The notes: a model not told the origin generated them from the letters alone. DNA of 64,000 bases from Nitrospirota bacterium (GCA_963741205.1 CAVUHW010000022.1:1-64000), one strand, 5' to 3'; counted from the first letter of the stretch, positions 9,733 through 20,483 are shown. Made by a program: numbers and translations.

Positions 9733-10227
9733 ATGTATTACGAGAACATATTCAGAACACTTGAGAGGAGCAACATCCGTTACGCCGTTGCCGGCGGTGT
9801 CGCACTGGTGCTACACGGCGTGGTCAGGTTTACCGCAGATCTTGACCTGATCGTTGACCTGGAACAAGAAAATCTGAAACGCTTTATCACGGTCATGAAC
9901 GAGCTGGGCTATCGCCCACGAAATCCTGTGAGAGCCGAGGGTCTGCTTGATCCAGCGACAAGGGAACAATGGAGGCGGGAGAAGGGCATGGAAGTTTTTT
10001 CGTTTGTGGACCCGGCGCAGCCGATGTCCCTCGTCGATGTGTTCATCGAGGAGAAGATCCCTTTTCAAGAGATCATAAAAGAGATCGTACGGGTGACCGC
10101 AAAGGGAATTACGATCCCCGTTGTGTCCTTGCATCATTTGAAGAGGCTTAAAAAAGCAGCCGGCAGACCGCAGGATCTCGCGGACATTGAAGCAATCGAA
10201 GCGCTGGAGCAAGCGGAGGATTCGTGA
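9733..10227 (+). CDS. Minimal nucleotidyltransferase-fold protein
   Basis: AGGVALVLHG..RFTADLDL and C-terminal KKAAGRPQDLAD. Confidence 0.8.
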   Translation: MYYENIFRTLERSNIRYAVAGGVALVLHGVVRFTADLDLIVDLEQENLKRFITVMNELGYRPRNPVRAEGLLDPATREQWRREKGMEVFSFVDPAQPMSLVDVFIEEKIPFQEIIKEIVRVTAKGITIPVVSLHHLKRLKKAAGRPQDLADIEAIEALEQAEDS

Positions 10228-10406
10228 TGGATGGGGAGCCGCAAAAGAAACCCTTCGTCTTTCGCCCTTCGCCGGAGACTTTGCAACATTTCAAAGACGC
10301 CTCTGCGGAAGCCAAGCTGAACTGGCTCGAAGAGGCGAACCGGTTCGTCAACGATTTCGTGCCTCCGCAAAAGCTGGAGCGGTGGAAGAAGATAGTCGGA
10401 GGGTAA
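10224..10406 (+). CDS. Small hypothetical partner of the nucleotidyltransferase
   Basis: Overlapping start/stop with the upstream gene; 60 aa, SAEAKLNWLEEA. Confidence 0.6.
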   Translation: MMDGEPQKKPFVFRPSPETLQHFKDASAEAKLNWLEEANRFVNDFVPPQKLERWKKIVGG

Positions 10407-10726
10407 ACATCGGAGTGATTGTGGTTTTAACTGCCTTTAACGGTTGACAGTGCTTGTGTGGCAACTTTGTATGAAACGAAAACACAAGAACGATCCGAGC
10501 AAACTGACCGGGCTCACGTCTTTTGTAGCGGGATTAGCGGCACGTGTTGCGATGGAAGCAATATAATAGTTATGGAATATCTTAAGTAGTACAAATAGAT
10601 TCCTGCTGCTCGCCGCCATTGCCGCTTTGAGCCTCTTTTCGCATCTCTAAAAAAATAAACCTTCGCTTCTCACTTCTGCAAAACATTGTCATCACCTGTT
10701 TCCAGCAAATTCAGCATGTTACCTTT

Positions 10727-10743
10727 TGGCACGCGTCCTGCAA
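10727..10743 (+). promoter_or_regulatory. Sigma54 (-24/-12) promoter
   Basis: TGGCACGCGTCCTGCA, GG-N10-GC spacing, about 40 bp upstream of ATG 10783. Confidence 0.75.
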
Positions 10744-10782
10744 TAACCCAGGCAAGACTGAACGAAAAGGGGGGACACGAAA

Positions 10783-11097
10783 ATGAAGACCACAATGACA
10801 AAACAGGGTGCTTACATCGGCGCGGGAGCGGGACTGGTAGTATTCGCGCTGTTCGGACTTTTACCCGGCAGCCTCCTTGGAGGCGCGGCAGGCATCAGCT
10901 TCGCGGGGATGCTCTTCGGGCTTCCGCTTCACCCGGGGCTGATATCCAGGGCGATCGTGCTTGCCGGCATGCTCGTGGGCGTCCTCGTTTCCGGCATCGC
11001 GATCGTAACGGCGTCAGCCACCATCGGCTGGCTTGCAGGCGCTGTGTTTGGGTCAACTGTACAGGAAAAAAATTTGGCTTCGGCCGAAAGGAGATAA
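10783..11097 (+). CDS. Small Gly-rich hydrophobic membrane protein
   Basis: 104 aa, GAYIGAGAGLVVFALFGLLPG; paralogous to the next gene. Confidence 0.8.
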   Translation: MKTTMTKQGAYIGAGAGLVVFALFGLLPGSLLGGAAGISFAGMLFGLPLHPGLISRAIVLAGMLVGVLVSGIAIVTASATIGWLAGAVFGSTVQEKNLASAERR

Positions 11098-11099
11098 TC

Positions 11100-11417
11100 A
11101 TGAAGAACGAAACAGTCAAGACGGGAATGAAGATCGGAGCAACAGTGGGAGGGCTGGTATTTCTGGTGTTCGGCATCATGCCGGGGTTCTACTTCGGGTC
11201 TTTCGGGACTTTGATCCTGCTTCAGAAACTGATGGGCGGCACCGTTGAGCCGACACTCATCGCACGGGCACTGATCGTCATGGGCATCATGGTCGGGATC
11301 ACCTGCGCGGCTGCGGTATGCCTCGTGGTCGGCGGCCTCCTCGGTACGGCAATGGGCTTTATCGTGTCAGCGCCTTCGGCAATACGTGCGAAACATGCGG
11401 CAGCGGAAAAGGCGTAA
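11100..11417 (+). CDS. Small Gly-rich hydrophobic membrane protein (paralog)
   Basis: AGGAG RBS, MKNETVKTGMKIGATVGGLVFLVFGIMPG. Confidence 0.8.
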   Translation: MKNETVKTGMKIGATVGGLVFLVFGIMPGFYFGSFGTLILLQKLMGGTVEPTLIARALIVMGIMVGITCAAAVCLVVGGLLGTAMGFIVSAPSAIRAKHAAAEKA

Positions 11418-11455
11418 ACAGCAAAGCTCCTTTTAAGAGCCAACCAGACCAAAGA

Positions 11456-11481
11456 AAAGGCGGTGAGAAATCACCGCCTTT
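11456..11481. terminator. Intrinsic terminator hairpin
   Basis: AAAGGCGGTGA-GAAA-TCACCGCCTTT. Confidence 0.75.
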
Positions 11482-11549
11482 ACGTTTCATGAAGCACGGG
11501 AAACTCTCAAGACGTTCCCTAACCCGGACAAGCCGGAAGCAAAGGCATC

Positions 11550-11667
11550 TCTTGCAAAGACGCAAAGTTCGCAAAGAAGGCACGGCTTGCTTCTGGTTTA
11601 AAATTCAAGAATTGAAGCTTATTATTTACGTCAGCTTTTCCTTTGCGCCCTTTGCGTCTTTGCGAGA
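11550..11667. repeat. CGCAAAG-family palindromic intergenic repeat
   Basis: TCTTGCAAAGACGCAAAG ... CTTTGCGTCTTTGCGAGA. Confidence 0.75.
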
Positions 11668-11708
11668 AAATTTCTTGCCGTTTTGAGAAGAATTTGATCC
11701 CTTAGTTA

Positions 11709-12515
11709 CTAAGTGCTGATCCCCAGCAGCTTCGCCGCATTTTTCCACATCATCTTCTCTTTCAGCCCGTCTGATATCCTGAGCTTGAGCGTCCGTTCGA
11801 GCATCTCCTTCTGGTCCGTCCAGGGGCTGTCGCTTCCGAACAGGACCCGGTCCTCGTCGAAGTGCGACAAGGCCTTCACGAATTCCTCATCGCTGATCTC
11901 GCTTAAGGTAAGGGACGTCTCAGTGTAGACGTTCTTGCAATCGCTGAGACAGCTGATCCGGTCCCACTGCTTCCAGCCCCCCACGTGGGTGCAGACGATG
12001 GTTAAGTCCTTAAACCAGTCGGCGACCCTTTTGACCCGCTCCACGTCCGCCTGGGTGTTTCCGGGGAATGCCATGTCGAATCCGGTATGAAGCATGACGT
12101 AGAACCCGAAGCTTGCCATCAATTCATAAAAACCGTACATGTACTTGTCGTCGATGGAAAAACGCTGATACATGGGATGGAGCTTGACCCCCCGGAAGCC
12201 CTCCTGGTGAGCTTCGCCGAACATGTCCTCGACGTCATAGGTGTCGTTCGAGGGATGGAAGGAGATGAGCGGATGGATGGCCTCGCTCCTGATCTCCTTG
12301 CAGAAATTGAGGATGGGCATCATCTGCGAGGGCTTTGTCGCGATGTTCGCGACGAGGCTCGCGGAGATGTTCGCCCGCTTCATGGAGTCGATGAGGCCCT
12401 GGAGCGTCCCGTCCGTCACGGGACGGTACTTTCCGGACTCGGCAGCCAGGGCGTCCATAGCCGGCTTTGCAATCTTGTCCGGGAAGATGTGGGTGTGGAA
12501 GTCGATGTAGTTCAT
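11709..12515 (-). CDS. Amidohydrolase_2 family metal-dependent hydrolase
   Basis: IDFHTH, GVKLHP, HTG, RVLFGSDSPW. Confidence 0.88.
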   Translation of the reverse strand: MNYIDFHTHIFPDKIAKPAMDALAAESGKYRPVTDGTLQGLIDSMKRANISASLVANIATKPSQMMPILNFCKEIRSEAIHPLISFHPSNDTYDVEDMFGEAHQEGFRGVKLHPMYQRFSIDDKYMYGFYELMASFGFYVMLHTGFDMAFPGNTQADVERVKRVADWFKDLTIVCTHVGGWKQWDRISCLSDCKNVYTETSLTLSEISDEEFVKALSHFDEDRVLFGSDSPWTDQKEMLERTLKLRISDGLKEKMMWKNAAKLLGIST

Positions 12516-12603
12516 AATTTGTGCATGGCGCATAGGGCATGGCGCATAGCGTCTCGTAATTTCACGCTTTGCACTCTGCACTTTGCTCTATGCAATTTCT
12601 CCT

Positions 12604-13902
12604 TTAGAATTTGCGGTTGTCGATGACCCTCTTCGCTTTTCCCTCGAACCGTTCAAGCGTTTTCTTTTCAACCAGCTTCACCTCGACCGAGATGCCGAGC
12701 TCCGAGGCAAGCCGTTTCTTGATCGTCTCCACAAGCTCCTTCTGTTTTTTCATCTCATCGAAGAAGATCGATTCATATACTTCGACCAGCACGGTAGTTT
12801 CGTCCAAGGCGCCCTTCCGGTCGATGACGATCTGGTAGTGCGGGGCCACGCCCTCGATCTCGAACAGCACGGTCTCGATCTGCTGCGGAAACACGTTTAC
12901 GCCGCGGATGATGAGCATGTCGTCGGTCCGGCCCAGGATCCTCGACATCCTCCTCATGGTCCTGCCGCAGGGGCACGGCCCGGGAATGATCTTCGTGAGG
13001 TCGCGCGTTCGGTACCTGATGACCGGGAATGCCTCCTTGGTCAAGGTTGTGACGACCAGCTCGCCTGCCTCGCCGGGCTTTACCGGTTCGAGGGTGTCGG
13101 GATTGATCAGCTCCACGAGAAAATGATCCTCGGCGATGTGAAGGCCGTTCCTCTCCAGGCATTCGCCGGCCACGCCGGGGCCCATTACCTCGGAGAGGCC
13201 GTAGTTGTCCGTGGCCACGATTTTGAGCTTTCCTTCGAGCTCCTTGCGCATGGCGTCGGACCAGGGTTCCGCCCCGAAGAGGCCGTACTTGAGCGAAAGC
13301 GAGTTGGGGTTGACCCCCTGCTCCATCATCGTGTCCGCGATCAGCATCGCGTAGGAGGGCGTGGAGACGAGCGCGGTGGTCTTGAAGTCCTGCATGATCT
13401 TGATCTGCCGCCGGGTGTTGCCGCTGGAAATAGGTATCACCGAGGCCCCCACGCGCTCCGCGCCGTAGTGGAGCCCGAAGGCGCCGGTGAAGAGGCCGTA
13501 GTTGAACGAGATCTGGATCACGTCGTCTTTCGTGATCCCGCCCGAGGTGAGGATCCTCGCGACCAGGTTCGACCACGTCTTGATGTCGTTTCGCGAGTAG
13601 CCCACGACCGTTGACATGCCGGTCGTGCCCGACGAGGCATGGACGCGGACGACCTCGCGAAGCGGGACCGCGAAGAGGCCGTAGGGGTAGTTTTCCCGGA
13701 GGTCGTTCTTGGTCGTGAAGGGAAGCTTCCGCAGACCATCGAGGGAGCGCAGGTCGTCGGGATTGAACCCGATCCCGTCGAACTTTTTCCGGTAAAACGG
13801 GACGTTCCTGTACACCCGGCTCAGGGTGGATTCGAGCCGCTCGAGTTGGAGCTGCTCCAGCTCCTCGCGGTCCATGCATTCATTTTCAGGCTGCCAGAAC
13901 AG
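12604..13902 (-). CDS. paaK: Phenylacetate-CoA ligase, second paralog (start approximate)
   Basis: [40 protein letters not shown]. Confidence 0.9.
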   Translation of the reverse strand: MFWQPENECMDREELEQLQLERLESTLSRVYRNVPFYRKKFDGIGFNPDDLRSLDGLRKLPFTTKNDLRENYPYGLFAVPLREVVRVHASSGTTGMSTVVGYSRNDIKTWSNLVARILTSGGITKDDVIQISFNYGLFTGAFGLHYGAERVGASVIPISSGNTRRQIKIMQDFKTTALVSTPSYAMLIADTMMEQGVNPNSLSLKYGLFGAEPWSDAMRKELEGKLKIVATDNYGLSEVMGPGVAGECLERNGLHIAEDHFLVELINPDTLEPVKPGEAGELVVTTLTKEAFPVIRYRTRDLTKIIPGPCPCGRTMRRMSRILGRTDDMLIIRGVNVFPQQIETVLFEIEGVAPHYQIVIDRKGALDETTVLVEVYESIFFDEMKKQKELVETIKKRLASELGISVEVKLVEKKTLERFEGKAKRVIDNRKF

Positions 13903-13976
13903 TACACACCTCCGGTGAACATAGGGCTAAAGTCATGTTGCAGGGTCAAGATACGGGTAGCAAGCAGCAGGGTAAA

Positions 13977-14756
13977 TTAACTCTCGCTTTTCATTACTCT
14001 GCTACTTGCTCCTTGACCCTGACTCATATCTCCCGCATCCACGTCTCTTCCCAAATACGCCCTCTGCACGTCCCGGTTCGCAAGGAGGTCGTCGGCATCT
14101 CCTTCGAGGATGATCCTGCCGGTCTCGAGCACGTAGCCGCGGTTCGCGATCTTGAGGGCGCTCCGGGCGTTCTGCTCCACGAGCAGGACCGTGTTTCCCT
14201 CGTCCCGGAGCTTCTTGATGATGTTGAAGATCTCTTTCACCATGAGCGGGGCAAGGCCCATGGACGGCTCGTCGAGCATGATGAGCCGCGGCCTCGCCAT
14301 GAGCGCCCTGGCCATGGCGAGCATCTGCTGCTCGCCGCCGGACAGCGTGCCGGCGAGCTGGCGCTCCCGGGTCTTCAGCACCGGGAAGAGACCGTATACG
14401 TAGTCGAGATCGAGCTCCACTTCCTGCTTCTTGCCGCGCCTGAATTGAACGTAGGCCCCGAGCAGGAGGTTCTCTTTTACGGGCATGGCCGCGAAGACCT
14501 GCCTGCCTTCGGGCACGAGCGAGCAGCCGCGGTAGACGATCTCTTCCGTCGGAACGCGGCAGATGTCTTGGCCGTGAAACACGATCTCGCCCGTCTGCGC
14601 CCGGAGCAGGCCGGTGACGGTTTTTAACAGCGTGGTTTTACCCGCTCCGTTCGCGCCGATGATCGTGACGATCTCACCGGGCTTCACGTGGAGCGACACG
14701 CGCCGGAGCACATCGAGACTCCCGTATCCCGCGTCGAGGTTTCGTATCTTAAGCAT
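13977..14756 (-). CDS. livF: Liv-type ABC transporter ATPase
   Basis: GANGAGKT, LSGGEQQM, LDEPSMGLAP, EQN. Confidence 0.9.
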   Translation of the reverse strand: MLKIRNLDAGYGSLDVLRRVSLHVKPGEIVTIIGANGAGKTTLLKTVTGLLRAQTGEIVFHGQDICRVPTEEIVYRGCSLVPEGRQVFAAMPVKENLLLGAYVQFRRGKKQEVELDLDYVYGLFPVLKTRERQLAGTLSGGEQQMLAMARALMARPRLIMLDEPSMGLAPLMVKEIFNIIKKLRDEGNTVLLVEQNARSALKIANRGYVLETGRIILEGDADDLLANRDVQRAYLGRDVDAGDMSQGQGASSRVMKSES

Positions 14757-15513
14757 CGTCCTCCCCCAGGTAGACCCGGACGACCTCGGGATTGCTCTGG
14801 ACCGCGCGGGGCGTGTCGTCGGCGATCTTTTCACCGTAGGAGAGGACGACGACCTCGTCGGAAATGTTCATGACCAGGGACATGTCGTGCTCGACGATCA
14901 GAACGGTGATGCCGAGGTCCCGCACCCGGGTGATGAGCCGGGCCGTGTCCGCGGTCTCGCGCATGTTGAGCCCTGCCGCGGGCTCGTCCAGGAGCAGCAT
15001 CACCGGTCCTCCCGCAAGCGCGCGGGCAAGCTCGACCGCGCGCTGCTGGCCGTACGAAAGGCTCGTGGCGTCGACGCCGGCAAGGTCCGCAATCCCCATG
15101 AAGTCCATGATCTCGAGGGCTTTTGTCCGGATATCCCGTTCCTCGCGCCTGGCCCAGGGCAGGTTCAGCATGCCGGCTATGAATCCCGCCCTGCTCCTCA
15201 CGTGGCAGCCGACCATTACGTTTTCGAGGGCCGTCATGCGCGCGAAGAGTCTGATGTGCTGGAAGGTGCGCGACAGGCCCTGTCCCGCGATCTCATGGGG
15301 GCTTCTGCCGGTGATCAGCGTGTCATTGTAGACGATCGCGCCGGAGTCGGGCGCGAGGAAGCCCGAGACGAGGTTGAAGAGCGTCGTCTTGCCCGCGCCG
15401 TTCGGTCCGATGACCGCCTTGATGCAGCCGCGGTTCACCGTGAAACTCACGTCCTTCACGGCCTGGAGCCCGCCGAAGCGCTTGCTGATGTTTTTTACTT
15501 CGAGAAGAGGCAT
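14749..15513 (-). CDS. livG: Liv-type ABC transporter ATPase
   Basis: GPNGAGKT, LSYGQQR, LDEPAAG, EHDM. Confidence 0.9.
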   Translation of the reverse strand: MPLLEVKNISKRFGGLQAVKDVSFTVNRGCIKAVIGPNGAGKTTLFNLVSGFLAPDSGAIVYNDTLITGRSPHEIAGQGLSRTFQHIRLFARMTALENVMVGCHVRSRAGFIAGMLNLPWARREERDIRTKALEIMDFMGIADLAGVDATSLSYGQQRAVELARALAGGPVMLLLDEPAAGLNMRETADTARLITRVRDLGITVLIVEHDMSLVMNISDEVVVLSYGEKIADDTPRAVQSNPEVVRVYLGEDDA

Positions 15514-15532
15514 AGAGTTAATCACTTTATGC

Positions 15533-15632
15533 CGTCATTCCGGGCTTGACCCGGAGATCACAGTGACATTGCTTCGATCAAATGCAGATCTGAAAACTTG
15601 GTTTCTCCGATAGAGGCACTCGTGGAATGACG
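15533..15632. repeat. REP-like GTCATTCC...GGAATGAC element
   Basis: CCGTCATTCCGGGCTTGACCCGGA ... GGAATGACGG. Confidence 0.65.
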
Positions 15633-16731
15633 GATAAACTGTTTGTTGCAGTATTATTCTTCCTGTCGGAGCTTGAGCTTTGGTTTCTTCAAGTCCCACC
15701 AGCTTCCTCAAATCCGCTCCGATGATCCCGTCGGGCGCGAAGAGCATGATCAGAATCAATATTCCCCCGAATACGGCGTCGTCGAAGGAGCCGAAATAGC
15801 CGCGCAGCGAGAGGAAATTCAACACAACGCTCATGATGAGCGTGCCCCAGAGGCTCCCCATGCCGCCCACGGCGACGATCGCCACATAGCGCACGGACTT
15901 CATGACCCCGGCCTCGGAGGGGCCGATGCCGCCGTTAAAGTGCGTGAGGAACACACCGGCGAGCGCGGCCAGAACGGCGCTCAGCATGAAGGTGTAAAGC
16001 TTGTACCGGGCCGTGTCAACGCCCATGGCGTTCGCGGCGTCCTCCGCCCCGTGGATCGAACGGAGCGCGCGGCCGACCCGCGAATGGATGAGGTTGGTGA
16101 GCAGCACCATGGCCGCCGTCACCAGGACCCAGGCAACGTAATAGTTCAGCACCCGGAGCGACGAGCTGCCGCTGACGCCGGCGCCGGGAAAGAGCGGGAA
16201 GGGAGGCACGCCCGAGATCCCGTCGGCCGCGCCGAACCGCTGGGTTCCGAGCACGATGCTGTAGATGATCGTGCCGAAGCCGAGCGTGGCCATGGCGAGG
16301 TAATGGCCTTTGAGCTTCAGGACCGGGATGCCCATGGCGAATGCGACCCCGAGCGCAAGCATCACGGCAACGGCCATGGCCACCCAGGGGTGGAAGCTCA
16401 TAACCTGGCCGCCGTAGAGGTCGGGCCTCGTCTGGAGGATGCCGAGACCCGCGAGCAGGCTTATGAGACCTGAGCCCCTGTATGCCGAGAGGTCAAGCGT
16501 CGTGAGCACCGCCGACGTGTAACCGCCGATCGCGAAGAAACCCGCGTGACCAAGCGAGATCTGGCCTGCGAAGCCCATGAGGAGGCAGAGCCCGACGACG
16601 ATGAGCGAATAGTATCCCGTCATCGTAAGCTGGGTGAGATAGAACGCCTTCCCGGCCGCGAGCGTGAGAAGCTGGATACCGACGACGATGCCGAACAGTA
16701 TGAGTGCGGGCGTATATCGCTGGTGCTTCAT
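15535..16731 (-). CDS. livM: Liv-type ABC permease (true stop may lie near 15655)
   Basis: GQISLGHAGF, LKGHYLAMATLGF, GRALRSI. Confidence 0.88.
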   Translation of the reverse strand: MKHQRYTPALILFGIVVGIQLLTLAAGKAFYLTQLTMTGYYSLIVVGLCLLMGFAGQISLGHAGFFAIGGYTSAVLTTLDLSAYRGSGLISLLAGLGILQTRPDLYGGQVMSFHPWVAMAVAVMLALGVAFAMGIPVLKLKGHYLAMATLGFGTIIYSIVLGTQRFGAADGISGVPPFPLFPGAGVSGSSSLRVLNYYVAWVLVTAAMVLLTNLIHSRVGRALRSIHGAEDAANAMGVDTARYKLYTFMLSAVLAALAGVFLTHFNGGIGPSEAGVMKSVRYVAIVAVGGMGSLWGTLIMSVVLNFLSLRGYFGSFDDAVFGGILILIMLFAPDGIIGADLRKLVGLEETKAQAPTGRIILQQTVYPSFHECLYRRNQVFRSAFDRSNVTVISGSSPE

Positions 16732-16792
16732 TAAAAACCTTTACTTCGACTTGTCTTGAGTTTCTGCAAAGTCATTTTGGGAAAACAATTTT

Positions 16793-16889
16793 TCTCGTAA
16801 AGACGCAAAGCTTGCAAAGAAAGGCAGAACTTTTGGGTTTAATTCCAAAGCCAGAAGATTTCCTTTGCGTTCTTTGCGTCTTTGCGAGA
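16793..16889. repeat. CGCAAAG-family palindromic intergenic repeat
   Basis: TCTCGTAAAGACGCAAAG ... CTTTGCGTCTTTGCGAGA. Confidence 0.7.
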
Positions 16890-16939
16890 GACCGCTTTTG
16901 ATGTTGAATGCATGCTTCATCGGCCTGAGGTATTGCTTG

Positions 16940-17830
16940 TTAAAAATCCTTCAGCCTCATGGCTTCCTTGTTTCCGAAAAGGCCGCTGGGCCTTACGAAC
17001 AGCATCGCGAGCAGGATTGAGATTGAGATCGCGTCCTTGTACGCCGTGGGCAGGACCCAGATGCTGAAGGACTCGAGGATGCCGAGGATGAAACCGGCGG
17101 CCACCGCAGCCATGCTGTTTCCCAGGCCCCCGAGGATGGCGACGGTAAAGCCCTTGATGGCGAGGCCGGTGCCGATGTTGTACTGCGTATAGGTGATGGG
17201 CGATACGACGCAGCCTGCCAGCGCGCCTATCCCGGCGGAGAGCACGAAGGAAAAGGTGACCATGTTTTTCGTCGGGATGCCGCAGAGGGCCGCGGCCTCG
17301 CGGTTCGCGGCGCAGGCCCGCATCTCGCGCCCCAGCATCGTATATTTGAAAAAGAGGTTGAGCAGAAGGACGACGATCGAGCAGACGCCGATGCTCCAGA
17401 GCACCTGCGGTGAAACGCGGACGCCGCCCAGGTCAAGCGCCGAGATCTCGTTTCCCGTGAAGTAGGGCAGGGAACGGACGCCCTCGCCCCAGACCAGGAG
17501 CGCCGCTTCCCGGATGAGGATCGAGATGCCGATCGTGATGATGATCATCCGCAGGACCGACGGCTTCACGAGCCAGCGGATGAAGGTCATCTCGATCAGC
17601 CCGCCGACGGCCATGGTGACCACAACCGCGCCCAGGATGGCAAACGGCAGGGGCAGGAAGCCGTGGAGCGTCACGGCGGTCATGCCGCCGAGCATCACGA
17701 ACTCTCCCTGGGCGAAGTTGATGATCCCCGTGGTGTTGTAGATGATGTTGAACCCGATGCCGACGATGGCGTAGATGGTGCCGTAGGTGAGGCCGGCCAC
17801 GAGGTATTGAAAGAAAAATTCCAGAAACAT
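16940..17830 (-). CDS. livH: Liv-type ABC permease
   Basis: INFAQGEF, GREMRA, ILGGLGN. Confidence 0.9.
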   Translation of the reverse strand: MFLEFFFQYLVAGLTYGTIYAIVGIGFNIIYNTTGIINFAQGEFVMLGGMTAVTLHGFLPLPFAILGAVVVTMAVGGLIEMTFIRWLVKPSVLRMIIITIGISILIREAALLVWGEGVRSLPYFTGNEISALDLGGVRVSPQVLWSIGVCSIVVLLLNLFFKYTMLGREMRACAANREAAALCGIPTKNMVTFSFVLSAGIGALAGCVVSPITYTQYNIGTGLAIKGFTVAILGGLGNSMAAVAAGFILGILESFSIWVLPTAYKDAISISILLAMLFVRPSGLFGNKEAMRLKDF

Positions 17831-17863
17831 TTAATTCTCAATTCCCAAAAGGCAAAACATAGA

Positions 17864-18008
17864 ACCGCGAAGGCGCAAAGACCGCGAGGAGTTCCCAAGT
17901 CTTGATTTAAGAATTCCTTGGCGTCCTTCGCCTGCACCCAGCGATCATGAGTGCTACGCCGCGAATGCAGGGTGTGCGCATGCGGGAGTGCAGGGCGCGC
18001 CTTCGCGG
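17864..18008. repeat. CGCAAAG-family palindromic repeat variant
   Basis: ACCGCGAAGGCGCAAAG ... GCGCCTTCGCGG. Confidence 0.6.
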
Positions 18009-18026
18009 AAAAAGCAGTGACAGGTA

Positions 18027-19169
18027 CTATTTCTCAAGCAGCGCGAACTTGCCGTCCTTCACCGTCAGCATGGCAAAGGCATTGATATCGAGGCCGTTGT
18101 GGTCTGCGGGCGAGAAATTGAACACCCCGGCCGTGCCGATGAAGTTTTTCATGTTTTCGATCGTGCTCCGGACCTTCTCGCTGTCGGGGCCCGCCTCGCG
18201 GATGGCCCGGGCGAGGATCATCATCGCGTCATAGGAGTGTCCGCCGAAGGTGCTGACGTCCTCATGGTACTTCGCCTCGTAGGCCTTCTGGTACGCCATG
18301 ATAACCGGTTTCTGCGGGTTCTTGTCCGGGAGCGCATCGGACACGACGATCCTGCTTGCCGGGAAGATGACGCCCTCGGCGGCGGTCCCCGCGGCTTTGG
18401 CATACTGAATGTTGGCGAACCCGTGGCTCTGGAAGATGGGAACGGTCATGCCGATCTGCCGGGCGTTTTTGATCACGATAGACTGGGCGGGTTCGATGGA
18501 CCAGTTTACGATGGCCTGTATTCCCTTTGCCTTGAGCTTGGTCACCTCGGCGGTCAGGTCCGTGGCTGACTTGTCGTAGACCTCGCTGATCACGATCTGA
18601 ATGCCATGCTCGGGCGCGAGTTTCTCAAGCTGCTCCTTGCCTGCCTTGCCGAAGCCGGTGTTGGACGACAGCACGCCGACCTTCGAGATGCCTCTTTTCT
18701 TCATCTCGTCGAAGATCTTGACGACCGCAAAGCTGTCCTTGGGGGCTACCTTGAAGACGTACTTTCCCACGGGATTCACGATCACTTCCGCGGCCGCGCA
18801 GGAGAGGAGGATGGTCTTTCCCTCCTCGGCAATGTTCTTGATGGCCATGGTCTCCCCGCTTGTCGAGGGCCCGATGATGGCGAAGACCTTCTCCTCCTCG
18901 ATCAGCTGTTTGGCAAAGGAAACGGCCTTCTCCGGGTTGCCGCCCGAATCCTTGACCACCAGCTCGACCTTCTTCCCGATGATCCCGCCCTTGGCGTTGA
19001 TGTCCTCCACGAGCATGGCGAGGGTCCTCGCCTCGGGAGCGCCCAGGTTGGATGCCGGTCCGGTCACGGACAGGATGGCCCCCACCTTGAGCGTGTCCCC
19101 GGCAAATGCCTGCGTGAGGGACAGGGCCGAAAGAAAGAACGACAGCGTAAGAAACTTCATGAGCCGCAT
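18027..19169 (-). CDS. Liv-type ABC substrate-binding protein
   Basis: Signal peptide, KVGAILSVTGPAS, IIGPSTSG; adjacent to livH. Confidence 0.9.
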   Translation of the reverse strand: MRLMKFLTLSFFLSALSLTQAFAGDTLKVGAILSVTGPASNLGAPEARTLAMLVEDINAKGGIIGKKVELVVKDSGGNPEKAVSFAKQLIEEEKVFAIIGPSTSGETMAIKNIAEEGKTILLSCAAAEVIVNPVGKYVFKVAPKDSFAVVKIFDEMKKRGISKVGVLSSNTGFGKAGKEQLEKLAPEHGIQIVISEVYDKSATDLTAEVTKLKAKGIQAIVNWSIEPAQSIVIKNARQIGMTVPIFQSHGFANIQYAKAAGTAAEGVIFPASRIVVSDALPDKNPQKPVIMAYQKAYEAKYHEDVSTFGGHSYDAMMILARAIREAGPDSEKVRSTIENMKNFIGTAGVFNFSPADHNGLDINAFAMLTVKDGKFALLEK

Positions 19170-19338
19170 GATGTAATCTCCTCCCCGGTCTGACCAGCAC
19201 GATCAGGCCGGCGATTGAATTTCGTTCCCGGCACAGCAGGGCCGCGGTTGCCTGCAAGGGCCCCGGCCCATCCGGGATGACGATAAAACAGGGAGTGCCC
19301 GTGCCCCGGACACTCCCTGCCTGAGACCTCTAAAACGG

Positions 19339-20483
19339 TTATTTTTCGAGTACCGCGAACTTGCCGTCCTTCACGGTGAGCATTTCAAAGGCGTCGAGGC
19401 CCAGCCCGTTGTGGTCCGTGGGCGACATGTTGAAGACCCCTGCCGTGCCGACCAGACCCTTGATGTTCTCGATCGCAGTCCTGACCTTTTCCTTGTCGGC
19501 GCCGCCGGCGTCCTTGATGCCGCGTTCGAGGAGGATGAAGGCGTCGTAGGCGTGGCCTCCGAAGGTGCTCACGTCTTCCTTGTACTTTGCCTCATAGGCC
19601 TTCTTGTAGGCTTCGAGCAGCGGTTTCTGCGGGTTTTTGTTCGAGAGCGTCTCGGCCACGAGGAGTCTCCCCGCCGGGAAGATCACGCCCTCGGCAGCCG
19701 AGCCCGCGGCCTTCACGTACCCGATGTTGCCGAATCCGTGGCTCTGGAAGATGGGCACCGTAAGTCCGATCTGACGGGCGTTCTTGATCACGATGGCCTG
19801 GGCCGGTTCGATGGACCAGTTGACGATCGCCTGGACATTGGCCGCTTTGATCTTGGTCACCTCGGCGGTCAGGTCCGTGGCAGCCTTGTCGTAGACCTCG
19901 CTGATGACGATCTGGATGCCGTTCTCCGGCGCGAGCTTTTCAAGCTGTTCCTTGCCGGCCTTGCCGAATCCGGTATTGCTGGAAAGGACGCCGATCTTCG
20001 TGATGCCCATCTTCTTCATCTGCTGGAAGATCCTGATCACCGCATGCTGTCCATCTGCGGCGTCTTGAACACATACTTCGCCACGGGGTTTACGATTACT
20101 TCCGCGGCCGCGCAGGAGAGAAGGATGGTCTTTCCTTCTTCGGCGATGTTCTTGATGGCCATGGTCTCGCCGGAGGTCGACGGCCCGATGATGGCGAAGA
20201 CCTTCTCTTCATCAATCAGCTGCTTGGCGAAGGAGACCGCCTTCTCCGGGCTGCCACCCGAGTCCTTGATCATGAGCTCGACCTTGGTGCCGTCGATGCC
20301 GCCTTTGGCGTTGATGTCCGAGACGAGCATCTCGAGTGTTTTTGCCTCCGGGGCGCCCAAAAACGATGCCGGCCCGGTCACGGACAGGATCGCGCCGACC
20401 TTGATGGTGCCGGCTGCCATGGCCTGGGAAACGGACAGGGCGATGACGCACGCTGCAACTGCCACAAGCTTCAATAATCTCAT
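19339..20483 (-). CDS. Liv-type ABC substrate-binding protein, close paralog (frameshift near 20040)
   Basis: ORFs 20037..20483 and 19339..20040 join; long identical peptide blocks with 18027..19169. Confidence 0.88.

Noticed and set aside
15535-15660. REP element translated as the LivM C-terminus
   Set aside because: Probably read-through from an indel; a TAA in another frame lies near 15655, before the repeat
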